NCBI RefSeq assembly: GCF_009914755.1
Contig: NC_060926.1
Length of the DNA: 64,000 nucleotides
Source of the DNA: the human T2T-CHM13v2.0 reference genome, Homo sapiens
Strand: one strand, 5' to 3'
The notes beneath the pieces were generated by a model. That model saw only the letters and a program-made list of their open reading frames with translations, searched no databases and had not been told where the DNA came from. Below, piece by piece: positions 32,328 through 51,893 of this stretch. The position numbers were made by a program, and so were the translations under genes. The stretch's first letter is position 1. The number at the start of each line of letters is the position of its first letter.

Positions 32328-32735
32328 TGTATTAGGCCGTTCTTTCTTTGCTATAAAGAAATACCTGAGACTGGGTACTTTATAAAGAAAAGCAGTTTAA
32401 TTGGCCTACAGTTCTGCAGGCTGTACAGGAAGCATGGTGCTAGCATTTGCTTGGCTTCTAGGGAGGCTTCAGGGAGTTTTTACTCATGGTGGAAGGCAGA
32501 GGAAGAGCAGGCACTTCACATGGCGATAGCAAGAACTAGAGAAAAGGGTGGGTGGTGCCACACACTTTTAAATGACCAGATCTCTTGAGAATTCACTCAC
32601 TATGGTGAGGACTGCACCAAGCCATAAAGGATCTGCCCCCTCGACCCAAACACCTCCCACCATGCCCCACCTCCAACATTGGAGATTACATGTTAACATG
32701 AGATTTGGGTGGGGACAAATACCCAAACTATATCA
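32328..32735 (-). mobile_element. MaLR solo LTR (MSTB-like)
   Basis: TGTATTAGGCCGTTCTT..GCTATAAAGAAATACCTGAGACTGGG ... CCAAACTATATCA; 5-bp TSD CTGTA/CTGTG. Confidence 0.9.
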
Positions 32736-33787
32736 CTGTGTGATTAGTAATCTCTCTCACTTTTAGCTGTTCCTCTCTTGGAACTATATCTTACCCCTTG
32801 ATACCAAAGCCACTGTATTCTTTAGGGAGATGACATTGTCACAAAAGGTATAGGACAAAGATGGTGGATTCTGGATCCTGACATTGCTAGACTTAAATCC
32901 CACTTCTGATAGTAATCAGCCATGTCTCCCCACCATTATGATCCTCAGATTTCTCATTCCTAAGGCAGTGTAGTAACATATACTGTTAAAGATTGTTCTG
33001 AAAATTAAAGATAATATATATTATGTGTATAAACATATGTATATGTGTATTCAGTCTTTCCAAAGCTTATCTAATATCATTGTAACTTATGATTCCTTTT
33101 AATTTTAATCATGATTCTTTTTTGGGTTTCTAATTTCATATTTTCTCTTTTGCTACTTATTTTGATACCACCTGGTTTTGTATATACTTGAATCCTTTTT
33201 GTATTTATTTAGTGATAACCATTGTCTTAGTACTATTGAGATATCATGTGAAATTTTTATTCACTTTTGTCAAAAAATCACTAGCCTAAAAGTGTAAATC
33301 CCAATCATTGATGTGGGATAGTGTAGCAGTTTCTTTCTTAATATTGCTTATTATATCTTGCCTAAGTTCTGAATTATGTGGACTGTATAGGTGTAGCATT
33401 CTATATTATGAGCTTGTGTTTCTCTTCTGGCTAATACAAAAATCAAGAGCTGTAAGAGTTTATAAAATCATGGTTCTAATATTTACCATCTCTGTGGTAA
33501 TTTGATCTAATGAGTTGACTCTGTTATTACTAATGTTTATTACAGCATAGGTAATTATTCTACCAAGAAAAATTGCTTTTAGTAACATGCCCTACATAGG
33601 GCTGTTTTCATTCATAATTTTTTTGTCACACTTTCAAGTAGGTAAAAGTTACTGGCAACACTGGAACACCTCTTTTAGAACTGTATTGAATATGGGCATT
33701 ACTCTGCATATTTTGGAGACATTTAAATCTTCAGTATAATTTTGTGACAGAAAACGACAGCAATGCCTGCAAGTCCCTATGCCTTAA

Positions 33788-34114
<327 letters not shown>

Positions 34115-34664
34115 TTCTATGCCTTATTTTAAAAATGGGTAATAATAGCAACTAAATTTAGTTCCTGATTTTTATAGTCCATGTTAGCCTGTTCAGTGCA
34201 TTAAAGAAAACAGTGGAGTAGAAAGTCCTCTTCACATTAGAATTGAAACTCAGTGACTACTGTATTTAGGAAGAATAGAGTAGCAACTAACTGCCACCAT
34301 GGAGATTTCTGCTACCCAGCTGACTTCAGTAATTGTGGCTTTTTTTAAGAATCTTTGCAGAGGACAGGTTGTCAGCATGATTACTCTGTCTTTAAGCTTC
34401 TGCATAGGTTTGCAGTAAGGTCTTCTTTTTTCAATATAAAAGGAAAGTGTGTTGTTTTCTGAGAGAAGATAGATGATAGCTTTCTCTGAACTATCACTGG
34501 GTAGGGGTAAGTCTTGATACACTTTAATATTTTGTAATAATTTAGCAAAACATTATTTTTTTAAAAAATAGTTTTTAATGCTTTATCCAAACTGTAACTA
34601 TGTCTTTTGTAATTCAAAAGCAGTACTATTTTCCTTCTAACTGAAGATTTTGACAAAAACTTGA

Positions 34665-34750
34665 GTCTGGGAGGTCATGAGCCATGACTGTGTCACTGCA
34701 CTCCAGCCTAGGCGACAGAGTGAGAGCCTTTCTCCAAAAAAAAGGAAAAT
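34665..34750 (+). mobile_element. Alu 3' fragment
   Basis: cactgcactccagccta..gacagagtgaga plus A tail. Confidence 0.75.
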
Positions 34751-35911
34751 AAAAAGGATTAAAATAATGATGCCAATAAAACTATTGGATAGGTTTTTTT
34801 TCCCCAAAAGGGTGTTATATTCTACTACATTGGATGGATTATAAAATTTAATATTACAGTTGTCTTTAGTGACTCTTCTTTGAATACATTTCATTAATGA
34901 GATATAGTCAAATTATTTTATTATAGTCACTTAAAATATTTCCTGATTTTGTTCTAAATGTATGAACACTTGCTTGATGAATACTTCATTTCAGTTATTT
35001 AAGTTCATTTTTATTGTGAGAGTACTGATGTCCTAAAAACTGCCAGTTTTTGTCCCTAGGCTGCTTTTATCTAAATGGTCTTTCTTACTAGTAGCATTCT
35101 GGTTGCCAGAAAATAAAGGAAATTGGCTTCACCATCAATTTATGAGATAGGTAGGAAGATATGGTTGACTCTCCAAAGGGATGCTAGAATTCTATTTAGC
35201 TACCATATGATTATTTTGTAATGATTCTTAATGGTTATAGATAGAAGATTCATATATATGAGATACTGCTAGATATCCACTGTACCTAAGAATAGAAATG
35301 CTAATAATGTTATGAGATGTACATACTGTTTTTTAAATTCATATTGTTTTTTTAAATTAGATATCCAAATCTAATTGTTATACTCTTTGGGCACAGTTAC
35401 CAATTGGTATCAAATTACAAGCCCAAGAATACAACAGGATATGTGTATGCATAAAGTTCACAAATTTAGATAAATCTAATTTCACTTTATTAGATTCCAA
35501 TTTTGTCTTGATATATGGAGTCTTTTTTTACCCCCTTTAAAATTTTTTATTATGGAAACTTAAAACAGAAAAAATATATATAATGTATCCATTATATGGG
35601 CATAAATAAAATAATATAATGTACCTATATTCCTATTACCCAGCTTCAATGGTTATTAACCCATATCCCTTCTTGTTTTCATCTATATTTCTTTGCCCAT
35701 TGGATTATTTTGAAGCAAATTCCAAAAATTATTTATTTAATCATTTAAAGAGAAACTTTGTTTCTTTACATATATAACCATGATATAGTAATCATTATCA
35801 CATTTGAAAAGAAAATTAGAGTTTCCTGTGTTCTGGATTTTGCTGATTGCATCCCCATGAAGTTCTGTAGCATGTTTCTCTGACACCTGTATTTCCTGTT
35901 AGACCTAGAAA

Positions 35912-36739
35912 AGGTTCTCTCAACTTCTCACTGTTGGAATTTTGTACTGGATAATTTTTTTGTTGTAGAAGACTGTCCTGTGCCTTGCAGAATGTGTGGG
36001 AGCCAAGCCCTTCGGCCCCAGTGGTTTGCTGAAAAATTACCGACAAGAAGCAGATTGATTAATAGGAAAAAAGGCATACACATTTGTTTAACGTGTATAC
36101 ACGAGAGCCTTCAGAACAAAGATCCAAAGATATAGGGAAATTGTTCATTTTCATGCTTAGGTCCAGCAAAGTATGGACAGCCATGTAGAAACATGATTGG
36201 ACAAAAAGAGTATGATCTAATGCTAATAGACTTAATGGGGAAACCCAGCAAAGCCTGTCTGTTGAGATTCTTCTTGCCCTCTCAGAGCATGCATTTCGTC
36301 CTTCTGGGTGTGGGCAGGGCTCTCTCTGGGATGGGGGTCTTATGGCCCACAGTGAAACAAGGTAGGTCATTTCATTTCTTTATGGCCAGTTTTTACACAG
36401 GGTATTGTTAGGCTTTCTGGTTGGTTTTTGAGGAAAGGGGTTCTGATTTCTATGACCCACCTTGGGGAAGGGGGATTCTAGTTTCTGTGGCTGACCTCGG
36501 GGGAGAATGGGACTAAGAGACAGGAGAGCAGAAGTCAGAAAAAAACTTAGCTTCTGCGGCTGCTTCTGAAGCCTACAGTTTGGGGATTGTTTTCTGAGCT
36601 CCAGTAGATGTTTAGCAGCATCGCAGGTCTCTAGCCACTAGTCAACAGCACCCCCTCCACCAATTGTGACAACCAAAAGTGTTCCAGACATTGCCAAGTG
36701 TCTCCTGGGGGCAAAAATTGCCCCTATTGGGAACTCTGC
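35912..36739. mobile_element. MER20 (hAT) split by an LTR
   Basis: ctgtcctgtgc..gatgtttagcagcatc..gtgacaaccaaaa..ccagacattgccaa. Confidence 0.8.
35995..36606 (-). mobile_element. ERV1 solo LTR (MER39-like)
   Basis: Minus strand starts TACTGGAGCTCAGAAAACAATCCCCAAA; 4-bp TSD AATG/GATG. Confidence 0.78.
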
Positions 36740-38416
36740 TAATCTAGAGGCTGATGAGATTCAGGTTCATTTTCTTGGAAAGAATTCTTCATATGTTGTT
36801 GTGGTATTTTCTACCTTTTCTAAACATCACTTTTTATCTCTTTTGTCATATACGGTCTCTTAATAGACTATATACTTAAAATATTTGCTGAAGCTTTAGA
36901 AGCCTCAGTTTTAACATTTATTTGAGTATTTATATGATAATATCCAAAATGTATTAGTTATTTTACCATTTATTTTGAATTTTAGAAAAAAACAATATAT
37001 TTTACAATTTGGTAAAAATACAGTACTCTAGGTGACTGTGTAACCTCTTAAATTTTTTTCATTTACACCCCCCAGGTTTGGATTTAGGTTTACAGTTTAT
37101 AGATACAGGTGCTTCTTGTTTTAGTATTAGTTTGATAAAGTACCAATTATTTTTAAAAGGGATGATACTTAGTATCATTAAATAGAATTCCAAATGACTA
37201 ATAAGAGAGAGAATGCAGGCAAAGTAAACCTTTGAGATTTTGTGAAACATCCTCTGAATTCTCTATATTCTGGCCATACTGATCATTGCCTCACTACTCT
37301 TTTATCTGTGTTGGCAATTGACCTTATTCTCTAGCCCCTTAACCAACTATTCCTTAAGTCCTCACATTAGTTAGACACAACCAGCCCCAATACTAGTGAG
37401 CTAGGCCTCTGTATAACAGAAGACAAAATATAATTAAATCCTAAATAAATGATACTATGTTTATTGAGTACTTTTTCTTTTTAAATTAGGTTTACTTAGG
37501 AATTCAAATGCATTCAGTAGTTACTGTTTTGTGTTTGATCTTTTAAGCACCCAACTCTGTTGCTACAGAGCATAGATACTTTTTCTATCCCATTAATTGG
37601 CTTGATTGAAGCTGTTAAGAAGCATAATACTCATTGGTAGGATACTGACTAAAAATACTGCTTGTTTCTAACTGTGCTTCACCAGTGAAAGTTGTTGGTA
37701 ATTAAAATGGATTAACTCATATCTGGTTTTTTGTTTCACATTAAACTGAGGAGCCAGGGTATCTGTCATCTTACATTGGGCTCGTCTTTTCTCTGGGGGC
37801 CTGTTGTTTATGTTAAAGTAAATTTTGTTTGATTACTTGTTTTCATGATGCTAGATTTGCATGAATTTCATTTTGAAGACCTTTGTGGTTATCAGTGGCT
37901 TTTAAAATAAAAATAGCTCCACATTCTCAGGAGGAGTTGGAATTTGATCTCTAACGAATTATACAGGGAAAGGCTTGTGTGGTGGGATTCCAGTGATCTT
38001 TACTCAGATTATCTCTGTCTGACATCTCAGAAACTGGGTTATTTTAGCTCCCTTTAAATTTGCTTTTGAGAACATCCACTATCACATTAACAATACTTAG
38101 TTGATTGTTGCTTCTGTGAAATGCTCTTTTCTGCTACATTGGTCTACCTTGTCTTTATATGCCTTTAACACTTTAGTATGTATAACACAATCTAACACTT
38201 CATACAATTTATTATTTCCCTAGTTAAATTTTTGAAAAGTTTTGAGTATAAAATTGTGTGTTATATATCTTGTACTGAACATGTAGAAAAGACTCAGAAT
38301 ATGCTTGTGATTGATTGTCAGGTTATTAAGAACTATCCAGCATGTATGAATTTTGTAAATATGCTCACAGGAAGAGTTACTTCAAATCTGACTGTGCCAG
38401 AAACCACTGACTCATG

Positions 38417-38712
<296 letters not shown>

Positions 38713-38879
38713 TTAAGGAAAAAACCTACAAACCATTGACTCATGGAAATAAAAAATCATATCTGCTGTTCAAAGCTTCAGGCATGTTCTTTGAAATTAA
38801 TAATTGTTTACTTTGGTGGAACCTCATACATCCCTATAGATTTCCCCCTTGCTGCTCTTTTTCTGTTGGTTTAGCTTCT

Positions 38880-39235
<356 letters not shown>

Positions 39236-39627
39236 TAGCTTCTTTAAAACAGACATAAATAAATGTACCTTAACTTACATCTTAGGTTTAGATTTTTGAA
39301 CGATTTATGACTTAGCTGTATTTGGTTACTATTTTGTACTAGCTTAAAAAAAAAGAAATTAATTTTACCAGACCTGATTTACTTCTTTTTTCTTTGGAAA
39401 CAGGAATATCTGGTATAAAGGGTAATATCCTACTAGAGATGAATGAGGAAACCATAGTTTTAAGATGACTTCTGCTGATACAGGATATGCTTTCATTATG
39501 CTTTTACTTACCTTTCTCCTCAGTTAATGAACAAAGGCAAGTCTGAAATATTTTTTGGAATGAAAATGTTGAATTAGGATAGCCTTGGGAGAGAACAGAA
39601 AAATATCTTTTTTAAAAGTTACTTTTT

Positions 39628-39757
39628 GGACACAGTGGTTCACGCCTGTAATCCTAGCACTTCAGGAGGCTGAGGCAGGTAGACTGCTTGAGCCCAGGAG
39701 TACAAGACCAGGCTGGGCAACACAGCAAGACCCCCATCTGTAAAATTAAAAAAAAAA
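39628..39757 (+). mobile_element. Alu left monomer (FLAM-like)
   Basis: Single arm plus A tail. Confidence 0.82.
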
Positions 39758-39989
39758 TGTTAAGCTACTTCTTAAAAAGAAGTACCTTAGATATAAATAC
39801 TTCAAATATTTGTTTGATTTGCCCTGCTCTCAAGCTACTACATTTAGTTGTTAAATTTGAACTCCAGGTTTCAGCTAGTGGTTATATTAGATAGCACATT
39901 AGAGAGGGTGAAACTCATCAAATGGTGTGACTGCCCACCTTGTCCTCTACATTTATGATGAAAACTGAAGTTAAAAATATATCAAAAGA

Positions 39990-40742
<753 letters not shown>

Positions 40743-41471
40743 TCAACTATTCATGAACATCTAAATGTTTTCAGATGTTTAAGGCTCAACTCATCATTTT
40801 GTAATTGGGCCATATCTACCTTGACCAGGAAGTTGTTATAGTATAAAATACACAGTATAGTTGCCAGTCACTATGTGTATGGATGACTGGTAAGGTTTTC
40901 TCAATGTACAAAATACCTGACTTGCCTTTGCCCTTTGATTTCTAAGGAGAAACAGTTTTAAAAAAAAAAGTCTCATCCTATGTTTCTGAATACTAGACTG
41001 TGAGAGCTTCAGTTTAGACAGACATTAAAGAGAACCAAGCAATAAGTGAAGCTGTTAGCAGCATGAGGCTCAAATTACTTGCTTCATCATCATCTTTGCT
41101 CTCATGACAGCCAAAAACTGTTATCCAATGACTATTCTGTGTAAGATAATCATTTCACATGTTTAATTCTTATGTTTCCTTCTGTGAAGCATGTAGGAAG
41201 TTTGGGATATGATTTCAGTATTTGATTTAGATAAAAATTTGTGCAGGTCTAAGCTTGAAGATCCACACTAGTACAGCACAGACCTCTGCAGCACAGGGCC
41301 TTGGATAGAGTGGAGTAGGCATTCATGATAAGTTTAACTGAATAGTATTATTTTGTATACTGATACTTAAAGAAAAGAAATGGCACCTCTCATTTAATGG
41401 TTTCTCTAGAAGTTTTCACAATATACTTATTTTCCCTTTATTCCAATACATATTTATTAGGCTAGAATTCA

Positions 41472-42255
<784 letters not shown>

Positions 42256-43989
42256 GTTAGGATGGTTTCTTAGAAAAAAGGTGTAGGGATTTTTTTCTTC
42301 TTGAGACAACAATGCTAAATTAATATGGAATCTTTTCAAGTTTAGTAAACAAAGATAAACCTTCTATTTGCTATGATTGGTTGGTAAAATGAGTATCTTT
42401 CACACTGACAAGTTACATAATAATACTTTAAATAGTGTTTTATGGACATTGTTTTATCATATCCTTACAATGATACTGTGAAATAAGTAGGGCAGCTGTT
42501 AAAATCCTTTTTAACAAATGAAAAGGCTTGAGAAAAAAATTACTTGCTTTTTAGCTCACATGAGTAATTTGTAACATAGGCAAGGAGAAAACAAACTTAC
42601 ATTCCAGTTTGCTGTTCTTTTTGAAGACCACATAGTCTTCGTAGTCTTTAAATTATTGTGTATTACAACTGCAGGATATGGTATTAGGTATAACAGCTAA
42701 TGTATTGGATGGTATGTCTTTGGAAGTTAGAAAGAAGTGCAGCTGATAGTGGCTCCTCTGGAGCTGATGTAAGGGGCTTTGTTTTGTTTTGTTTGTTGTT
42801 GTTGTTTCCTGACCTTATATGATTTAAACTTTGACATCAGTTCTAATGTTCGTGATGCTTTGTAGACATAGCCTGTCATTGGTGGTTGTATACATAGACC
42901 ATCCATCACTTCCACCTTGGTTTTATTCTGAATTTAAGATTTATTTTCAAAGATAAACTAAAATTTACTTTCTGTTTGGCCCCTAGGATTAGTAAACTTA
43001 ACCTGCTTTTTGATTACTGCTCATACTCTTGTGGTAGGACTTTTTAAAATAATACTTTCTTCTTGTTGTTTTACGAGCCATTTGTAGATGAGTGATATAT
43101 AGTGGTTTATTGGGGTGATTGGGGACAATGAGTTTTTGTTGTACCTTGCATTCAAGTATATTTACTTATGCCTATAAATCAGGTATTATCACCTCTCCTT
43201 TTTCAGATGTCAGTCCATCAACAGTGTATGCTCTTTACCATTTGCATTTCAAGAACCACTTGGAAACTTGGAAATAATCCTTTATTTTTGCTAGTCATGC
43301 CTCTGTCGTAATGTTCCAAGAGGCCTGGGCTGCTTTGGAGAGGCTTGTCTGGCTTTGCCTGCCCCCTGCCTCATTTAACTACAATAGAATAGCTCATAAG
43401 ATGCTCTCTGCATAAGATTTTATTTGAAGGAAGGTATCTATATTTAACTTGGGAAACAAATAGCTTAGGTAGAATTATAAACGAGATGGTAATATTGCCA
43501 AATAAATGGGATACACCCTGCCCAGCTCCTTCCCATTCTGTCACACAGTGCATAGGAGCAGTTTTGTAATTAGTAAACTCTATGTGGCCATGATCTTTGG
43601 AATGGTATGTATGGGATATAACTTTTATTTCCATTAATATATATTTATGATTATGAAAGTCTTAGATATGGTAGCTGCGAGAGGTATCATTTTACTGGTT
43701 ATTAGTCTTATTCATATTTGGATTAGAACTTTATGGATTTCCTTGGGCAATTAGGGAGATAACTTTTAATGGTTTACATTTTGCTCCTTGGAGTTATGAT
43801 GTTACCCAGAAGTCTCAAAGCCCATCATGGGGGAGGGAGAAGCCAACTGAAATATACATGGCTCTGGCCCTAATAGCCATTTTAGTTGGAGGAGCTCCAG
43901 TTTTATCTGTTAAATTAGTGGGATTCTACAAAAAATTAGTTTGAAAGAAGATTCTGGGGGTAAAATAAAATTTGAAACCACTGGATTAG

Positions 43990-44515
<526 letters not shown>

Positions 44516-44671
44516 TTAAGTAATGAAGATATTGTTAATAATAGCAGCAATACTCCAATAACTGAGAAATTGAAAATGGCTTTGAATTTTGTTGTAGAAT
44601 TTATCACAATAACGTATGGCTTTCTTTTTTCCAATTTTCTGTTATCTAGGCATGATTGTTTCTTTTTTAAA

Positions 44672-45011
44672 TGTTTTATTTTTTGATATTTTATTTTTTA
44701 TCATTTATTTATTTATTTATTTATTTTTGAGACGGAGTCTTGCTCTGTTGCCCAGGCTGGAGTACAGTGGCACGATCTTGGCTTATTGCAACCTCAGCCT
44801 CCTGGATTCAAGCAAATTCTCATGCCTCAGCTTCCCAAGTAGCTGGACTTACAGGCATACATCACCACGCCTGGCTAATTTTTGTATTGTTAGTAGAGCC
44901 GGGGTTTCACCATGTTGCCCAGGCTGATCTTGAACTCCTGACCTCAAGTGATTTGCCTGCCTTGGCTTCCCAAAGTGCTAAGATTACAGGTGTGAGGCAT
45001 CACTCCTAGCC
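44672..45011 (-). mobile_element. Alu (AluS-type)
   Basis: Antisense Alu with (TTTA)n tail. Confidence 0.9.
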
Positions 45012-46136
45012 TGTTTCCTTATTTTTTTAATGTTAGATTTGTTGGCCACCTTCCTTAAAATTTCATTTCTAATGAAAGACAGTTTATGTATACTCATATA
45101 CACAGCATATATAGTTGTGTGTATGTATTTTGAAAAACTTATATTGATTTTCTTTTACAGTTTCTAAGAACGTAAGTAGATAAATGAAGCTTAATTTGGA
45201 GAAAACTTTAACTTTCTCTGCCATTCCCAAGAGAAATCAAGCTCAGAATGCTTGCATTTATTTCCAGCCTTTGAAGGGCCAGAAAATTGTGCCTGAAAAT
45301 TGGGTTAGCACATTTTCTGAATCTGACTGCTGTTAAGTTACTCTGTAGTTGGGTTGGATGCTATTTCCTGTCTTCTTTCCTTCAAGCAGAGAATATGCAC
45401 TTCACATTTTTTAAGGAAACCATTCCTAGCTTGTATATTCATTTACATTCTACATCTTATGATTGCAAGGATACACATAAAGAGTAGGTCTTATTCAGAA
45501 AAGTCCTGGCAGTTGTCCCAGCCTTAAAGAGAACAAGCCTGTGCTCTTCCCTTTTACCTGATGGAATATCACTATGGCCTTTCTTTGAGGAGTTGATTAG
45601 CAAACTTGACTCAGAGAGGAAGTGAGAATAGCACATTGTGGTTAGGTGGTGCTGGCTGATTTTCTAGCTCTTGCACAGCATATGCCTCTTAAATATCAGG
45701 GGGAGTAAGCTGCTCTTGCATCATACCACCATGGTTGGATAGCCCAAGTTGCAATTTCAAGTATTGCTGGCCAGTTTCTGGTACGTAGTTATGGAAATAT
45801 AGGAAAGCACAATTCTGTCTGACGAAGGAACATATATATCTGCTTGTGGAGTATTAAGTGTGAGATATGCCAGGTAGTATTTTCTATCTTTTGGAAGTTA
45901 AGAAAATTAAATACCTGAAAAGAAGTGTTCTTTTTTCTTATTTAAAGCTCTTTCTACTAAACACAAATATCCTTAGAACCAAGAATTCCATAGGAACTAT
46001 GAAACCTAACTGGTCAAGTATTTTCTGGCATAGTAACATGTAGTTTTATTGCCCAAAGGCCCTCCTGGGAAAAATTTATATAGCTAGCAATCCCTTTGAT
46101 AATCATACCAATAGCCATTTGTTAAGAGTACCGCTT

Positions 46137-46430
46137 AGCTGGGCACGGTGGCTTATGCCTGTAATCCCAGCACTTTGGGAGGCCAAGACTTGGGGGATTG
46201 CGTGAGGCCAGGAATTTGAGATTAGCCTAGTCAACATAGAGACCCTGTCTACAAAAATTACAATAATTAGCTGGGCATGGTGGCATGTACCTGTAGTCCC
46301 AGCTACTTGGGAGGCTGAGGTGGGAGGATTACTTGAGCCTAGGGAGTTGAGGCTGTAGTTGGCCATGATTGCATCACTGGCACTCCAGCCTACGTGACAG
46401 AGTGAGACTCTGTCTCAAAAAATAAAAATA
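46137..46430 (+). mobile_element. AluJ-type
   Basis: Sense Alu. Confidence 0.9.
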
Positions 46431-46840
46431 GAAAAAGTACCTATTATATGCCAGTTCTTAAAAAATGTATTTTAAGGTAAATAAATGAAGACAAAGGTCA
46501 TACAAGTTAGTAGCAGGGCCAGAGGGTTGAGTACAATTCTCCCTGGTGTAAAACTCATTTTCTTTCCCTATGTTCTCAGTGAAAAATCATTTATAAAATA
46601 TATCTTTTACTTTTCAGAGTATAGTTTCTCTTGAAAACAATTTATGTGAAGTGAAACCTACTTGTATTTTTCATGGTGAAATTAGACATAATATCCCTAA
46701 AAATGAAAACCCAAAAGACAAAATATTTCAGGAAGAAAATTAAGGTTGGAGTTCTTGGAATTATATATCACCAAGATCAATTTGCCTTGCTTGAGGATTT
46801 TAGTATACACCTGTCAGTTTACTTTTTGGTTGTGTCATAG

Positions 46841-47281
<441 letters not shown>

Positions 47282-47581
47282 TAGATATTCATGACTTATA
47301 CAGGAATGCAATATTACATTTAGTCAGTAGATGCCATCATCTAACATATAATATGTTTCAGACTGGAACTTCTTTAATTCGTGGCTTTAGTTTATTTTAA
47401 ATTAATCCATTTCTACTCTCTAGATTAAAAATCATGAATCTCTTGATTTGTTAATAATGAAAACTACTTGTGGTTTTTTTTTCGCTCAATAAATTACATT
47501 TGTAAAGTTGATGTGTGTTTTCTTTTGCCAGTTTTATTAATAGAAAAGTAATCATTGAGCTGTTTTTATGCATTTTGTTAG

Positions 47582-48921
<1,340 letters not shown>

Positions 48922-51714
48922 CTAGGACTACAAGCATAAGCCACCACACACCCGGCCTCTTTTGTGCATTTTGTATGCTGCCATTGAGGTAATGGTGCCA
49001 CTAGTAAAAGCAACCCTTTGATGTAGATGAGATAGTAGGTCAGTTACAGCCTTTGTCTCTGAAGGTATTTACAAGAAATTGAAATAACGTCTTTTATTTT
49101 TAAGGCCAAACAATACTTCAAACCTATTTTTTCTGTGACGTTTTAAACAGTTGAGAAGATTGTCTAGTATCCACTAACTTTGGACTAAGGAACTCTGAGT
49201 CTACAGTCTTTCACCCGCTAAATACACATTGTTTTATTCAAAGATGCCAAGTCCTATCATCATCTTGAGATTTGTCCATGAGTCAGACTTTGGAAATACC
49301 AGCTAAGCCAGTGACACTGGATATAGCTTCAGGCAAAGGGAATAGCTTGTACCTTGGCCAGGTGGAGATTAAACAAGAACAGCAGTTACTATTCACTGAA
49401 GATACTTCTACTTAACTAATGGCTAGGGAGTCTAGGGGTGTCTCTTTAAAATATCAGACTTGAGTTCATTGCTATTTCATATTTCTTTGTTAGCTGCCCT
49501 TCCTTCAGTTCTTTACATTTTTATTTTTTAGGACTAAACCTTGTTGGGAGTCATTTTTCAGTCTCATAAGGAAGAAGGAAAAGTCTTTAAATTTTTGTTG
49601 TTGTTGTTACAGGTATGAGCCACCAAGCCCAGCCAGGTCTTATTCCTTTTTGCATCACAGGTGCTTATGACAGTATTAGGCTTAGTGGTGCCATACATAA
49701 ACTTGTCGCATTAATGGACAAACTGAGGATCAGGTGTTAGGAGAGGCAACTAATTCTGGGTAAGGATTTGCCTAACTGATTCTCTCCAGAATATTAGTTC
49801 CCTAAACTAATAACTCTCCTCTAAAATCTTGCTAACTACCTTGACTAAGTACAGATTGAAAGAAGAATATTAATGATGAATATGAAGAAAGTTAGCTGTT
49901 CTGAGAGAGGATCTTGTATAAATTTACAAGATCAGTGGTAATTTGCTTTTTGGTAACCATGAGAACATTAAGCCATTTGTTTCTGAATTTATCGTGCTGG
50001 TGTTTTTGGTATGTGTATTTCATTCTTTCTGGTTAGGCTCTATATCTGTTTTTTCCTGATGCTATGTCAGTTTATAATAGTCCTGTATCACTCACTGTGG
50101 CATTGAGGAATATCTGTCATAGGATTTTTGTTATATTTTTGTTTTTTAGTGAGGTGGGGGAGAGGGGGAATCCAAACATTTTCCACACAAAAATCATGAT
50201 CCTCATGTAGTAAAGTTTTATACTTTGCTGTTTTCATGGCCTTCTTGCTGCTAATCTCCAGGTGGTGTTTTTGCCTTTTGGCTTCCCTCTTGTTTATGTT
50301 AAATATGTCAGTAATTGAATTCCAAAACCCTTGCAAACTTTGGCAGCCAATTTATAATCAATTTGTTTATTCTTTTTCTTCATTATGATTAACCAAGACT
50401 AGATTTTACTTTGCAGATTTACTTAAATTTGTGGCTGTTTAACAACTCTTCATTCTGCTCAGTTAGTCTTCGTAACATTAGGTTAGAAGAGAGATGTCAT
50501 TTTCAAGGAGAGATCTTTATGTTATGTCTGATAACCTAATCTGCCTCCTGGTTTATCTCTTGCATTTGCTGTTTGTGTATTCTGTGTTCTGCCTTGATCC
50601 TTTTACTGATTTCTGTGTTGACCTCTGTTTTTTAAGCTACCAATTTAAGCTGGAAGTTAGGCACAGAATTTAGAATGGTTGAAAATAGTTCTTTAATATA
50701 TTTTGCTTTTATAGTGCCTTTCCTCCAAAAAAGCTTCCTGCTTTTATAAGTAGCTTATTTGTCTTCCTGGCATCTTTGCAGAATAGATTTAAGGATTGGG
50801 ATTAGTGTTTCTTTTTTTACATTTGTTTTCTGAAAAGGTGAACCTAACATTGTGGGCTAGCAGCCAGTGTCAAAGAAAATTGAAAAGTTACATTAATGGG
50901 ATGCATTCCATTCCTTCTCCCTTCACCTACCAAAGAAACAGGTGAGAATGAGATTCTGATCATTTGTATGTAGAATCTTCAAGGAGCAAGCTCCTAACTT
51001 AAAAAAAAAAAAAAAAAAAGACCTGTTTTCTTCCTGAATAAACTATCAAAGAGCTTCTATCATCATAGTTTTATTAATTTGATCTGTGTTACAGACATTG
51101 GGGAACTAAGATTGTAATTGCCCGATGGGTTCTTCCCTGCCTGCTGCACAGACAAAAATCAATTCACTGAGATCATGGCATTGCAGTAGGGAAAGGGTTT
51201 AATTGACATGAGGCTGGCCATGTGGGAAAACCAGAGTTATCACTCAAGTCAGTCTCCCCAAAGGCCTGCAGGTTAGGGTTTTTATGGACAGTTTGGTGGA
51301 TGGGGGCTAGGGAATGGGTGCTGCTGATTGGTTAGGGATGAAATCACAGGGGTGTGGAAAAACTGTCCTTACGTGCTGAGTCTGTCTCTGGTGGAGCCAC
51401 AGGACCAGTTGAGCCATGAATCACAGGTCTGGGTGGGGTAGATCTGAAAAACATCTTTAAAAAATTAATCTTAGATTGTATAGTAGTGATGTTATCTGTA
51501 GGAGCACTTGGGGAAGTTGTAAATCTTGTGACCTCTAGCCACATGGCTGCTGAGCAGTAAAGATTTATAGAAACTATACCTATATCTTAGCAGAGTTCAG
51601 GCCCCTCCCATAATCCTATTCTTGTGGCCTTTGATTAGTCTTACAAAGGCGGTTTTTGGTCCCTGAGCAAGGTGGGGATTCGTTTTAGAGAGGGACTATT
51701 ATCATGCTTACTTT

Positions 51715-51864
51715 CCTTCTTCTTTTTTTTTTTTTTGTATTTTTAGTAGAGACAGGGTTTCACTATGTTGGCCAGGCTGGTCTCAAACTCCCGACCTCAA
51801 GGGATCTGCCTGCCTCAGCCTCCCAAAGTGCTGGCATTGCAGGTGTGAGCCACCAAATCTGGCC
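51715..51864 (-). mobile_element. Alu left arm only, with TSD
   Basis: TSD TATTATCAT(GC/CT)TTACTTTC. Confidence 0.88.
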
Positions 51865-51893
51865 TCCTATTATCATCTTTACTTTCAAGTTAA

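Noticed and set aside
32892-32911. Second tRNA-Leu-like string TTAAATCCCACTTCTGATA
   Set aside because: Lies in MIR-like sequence (B-box region) with no TSD or tail
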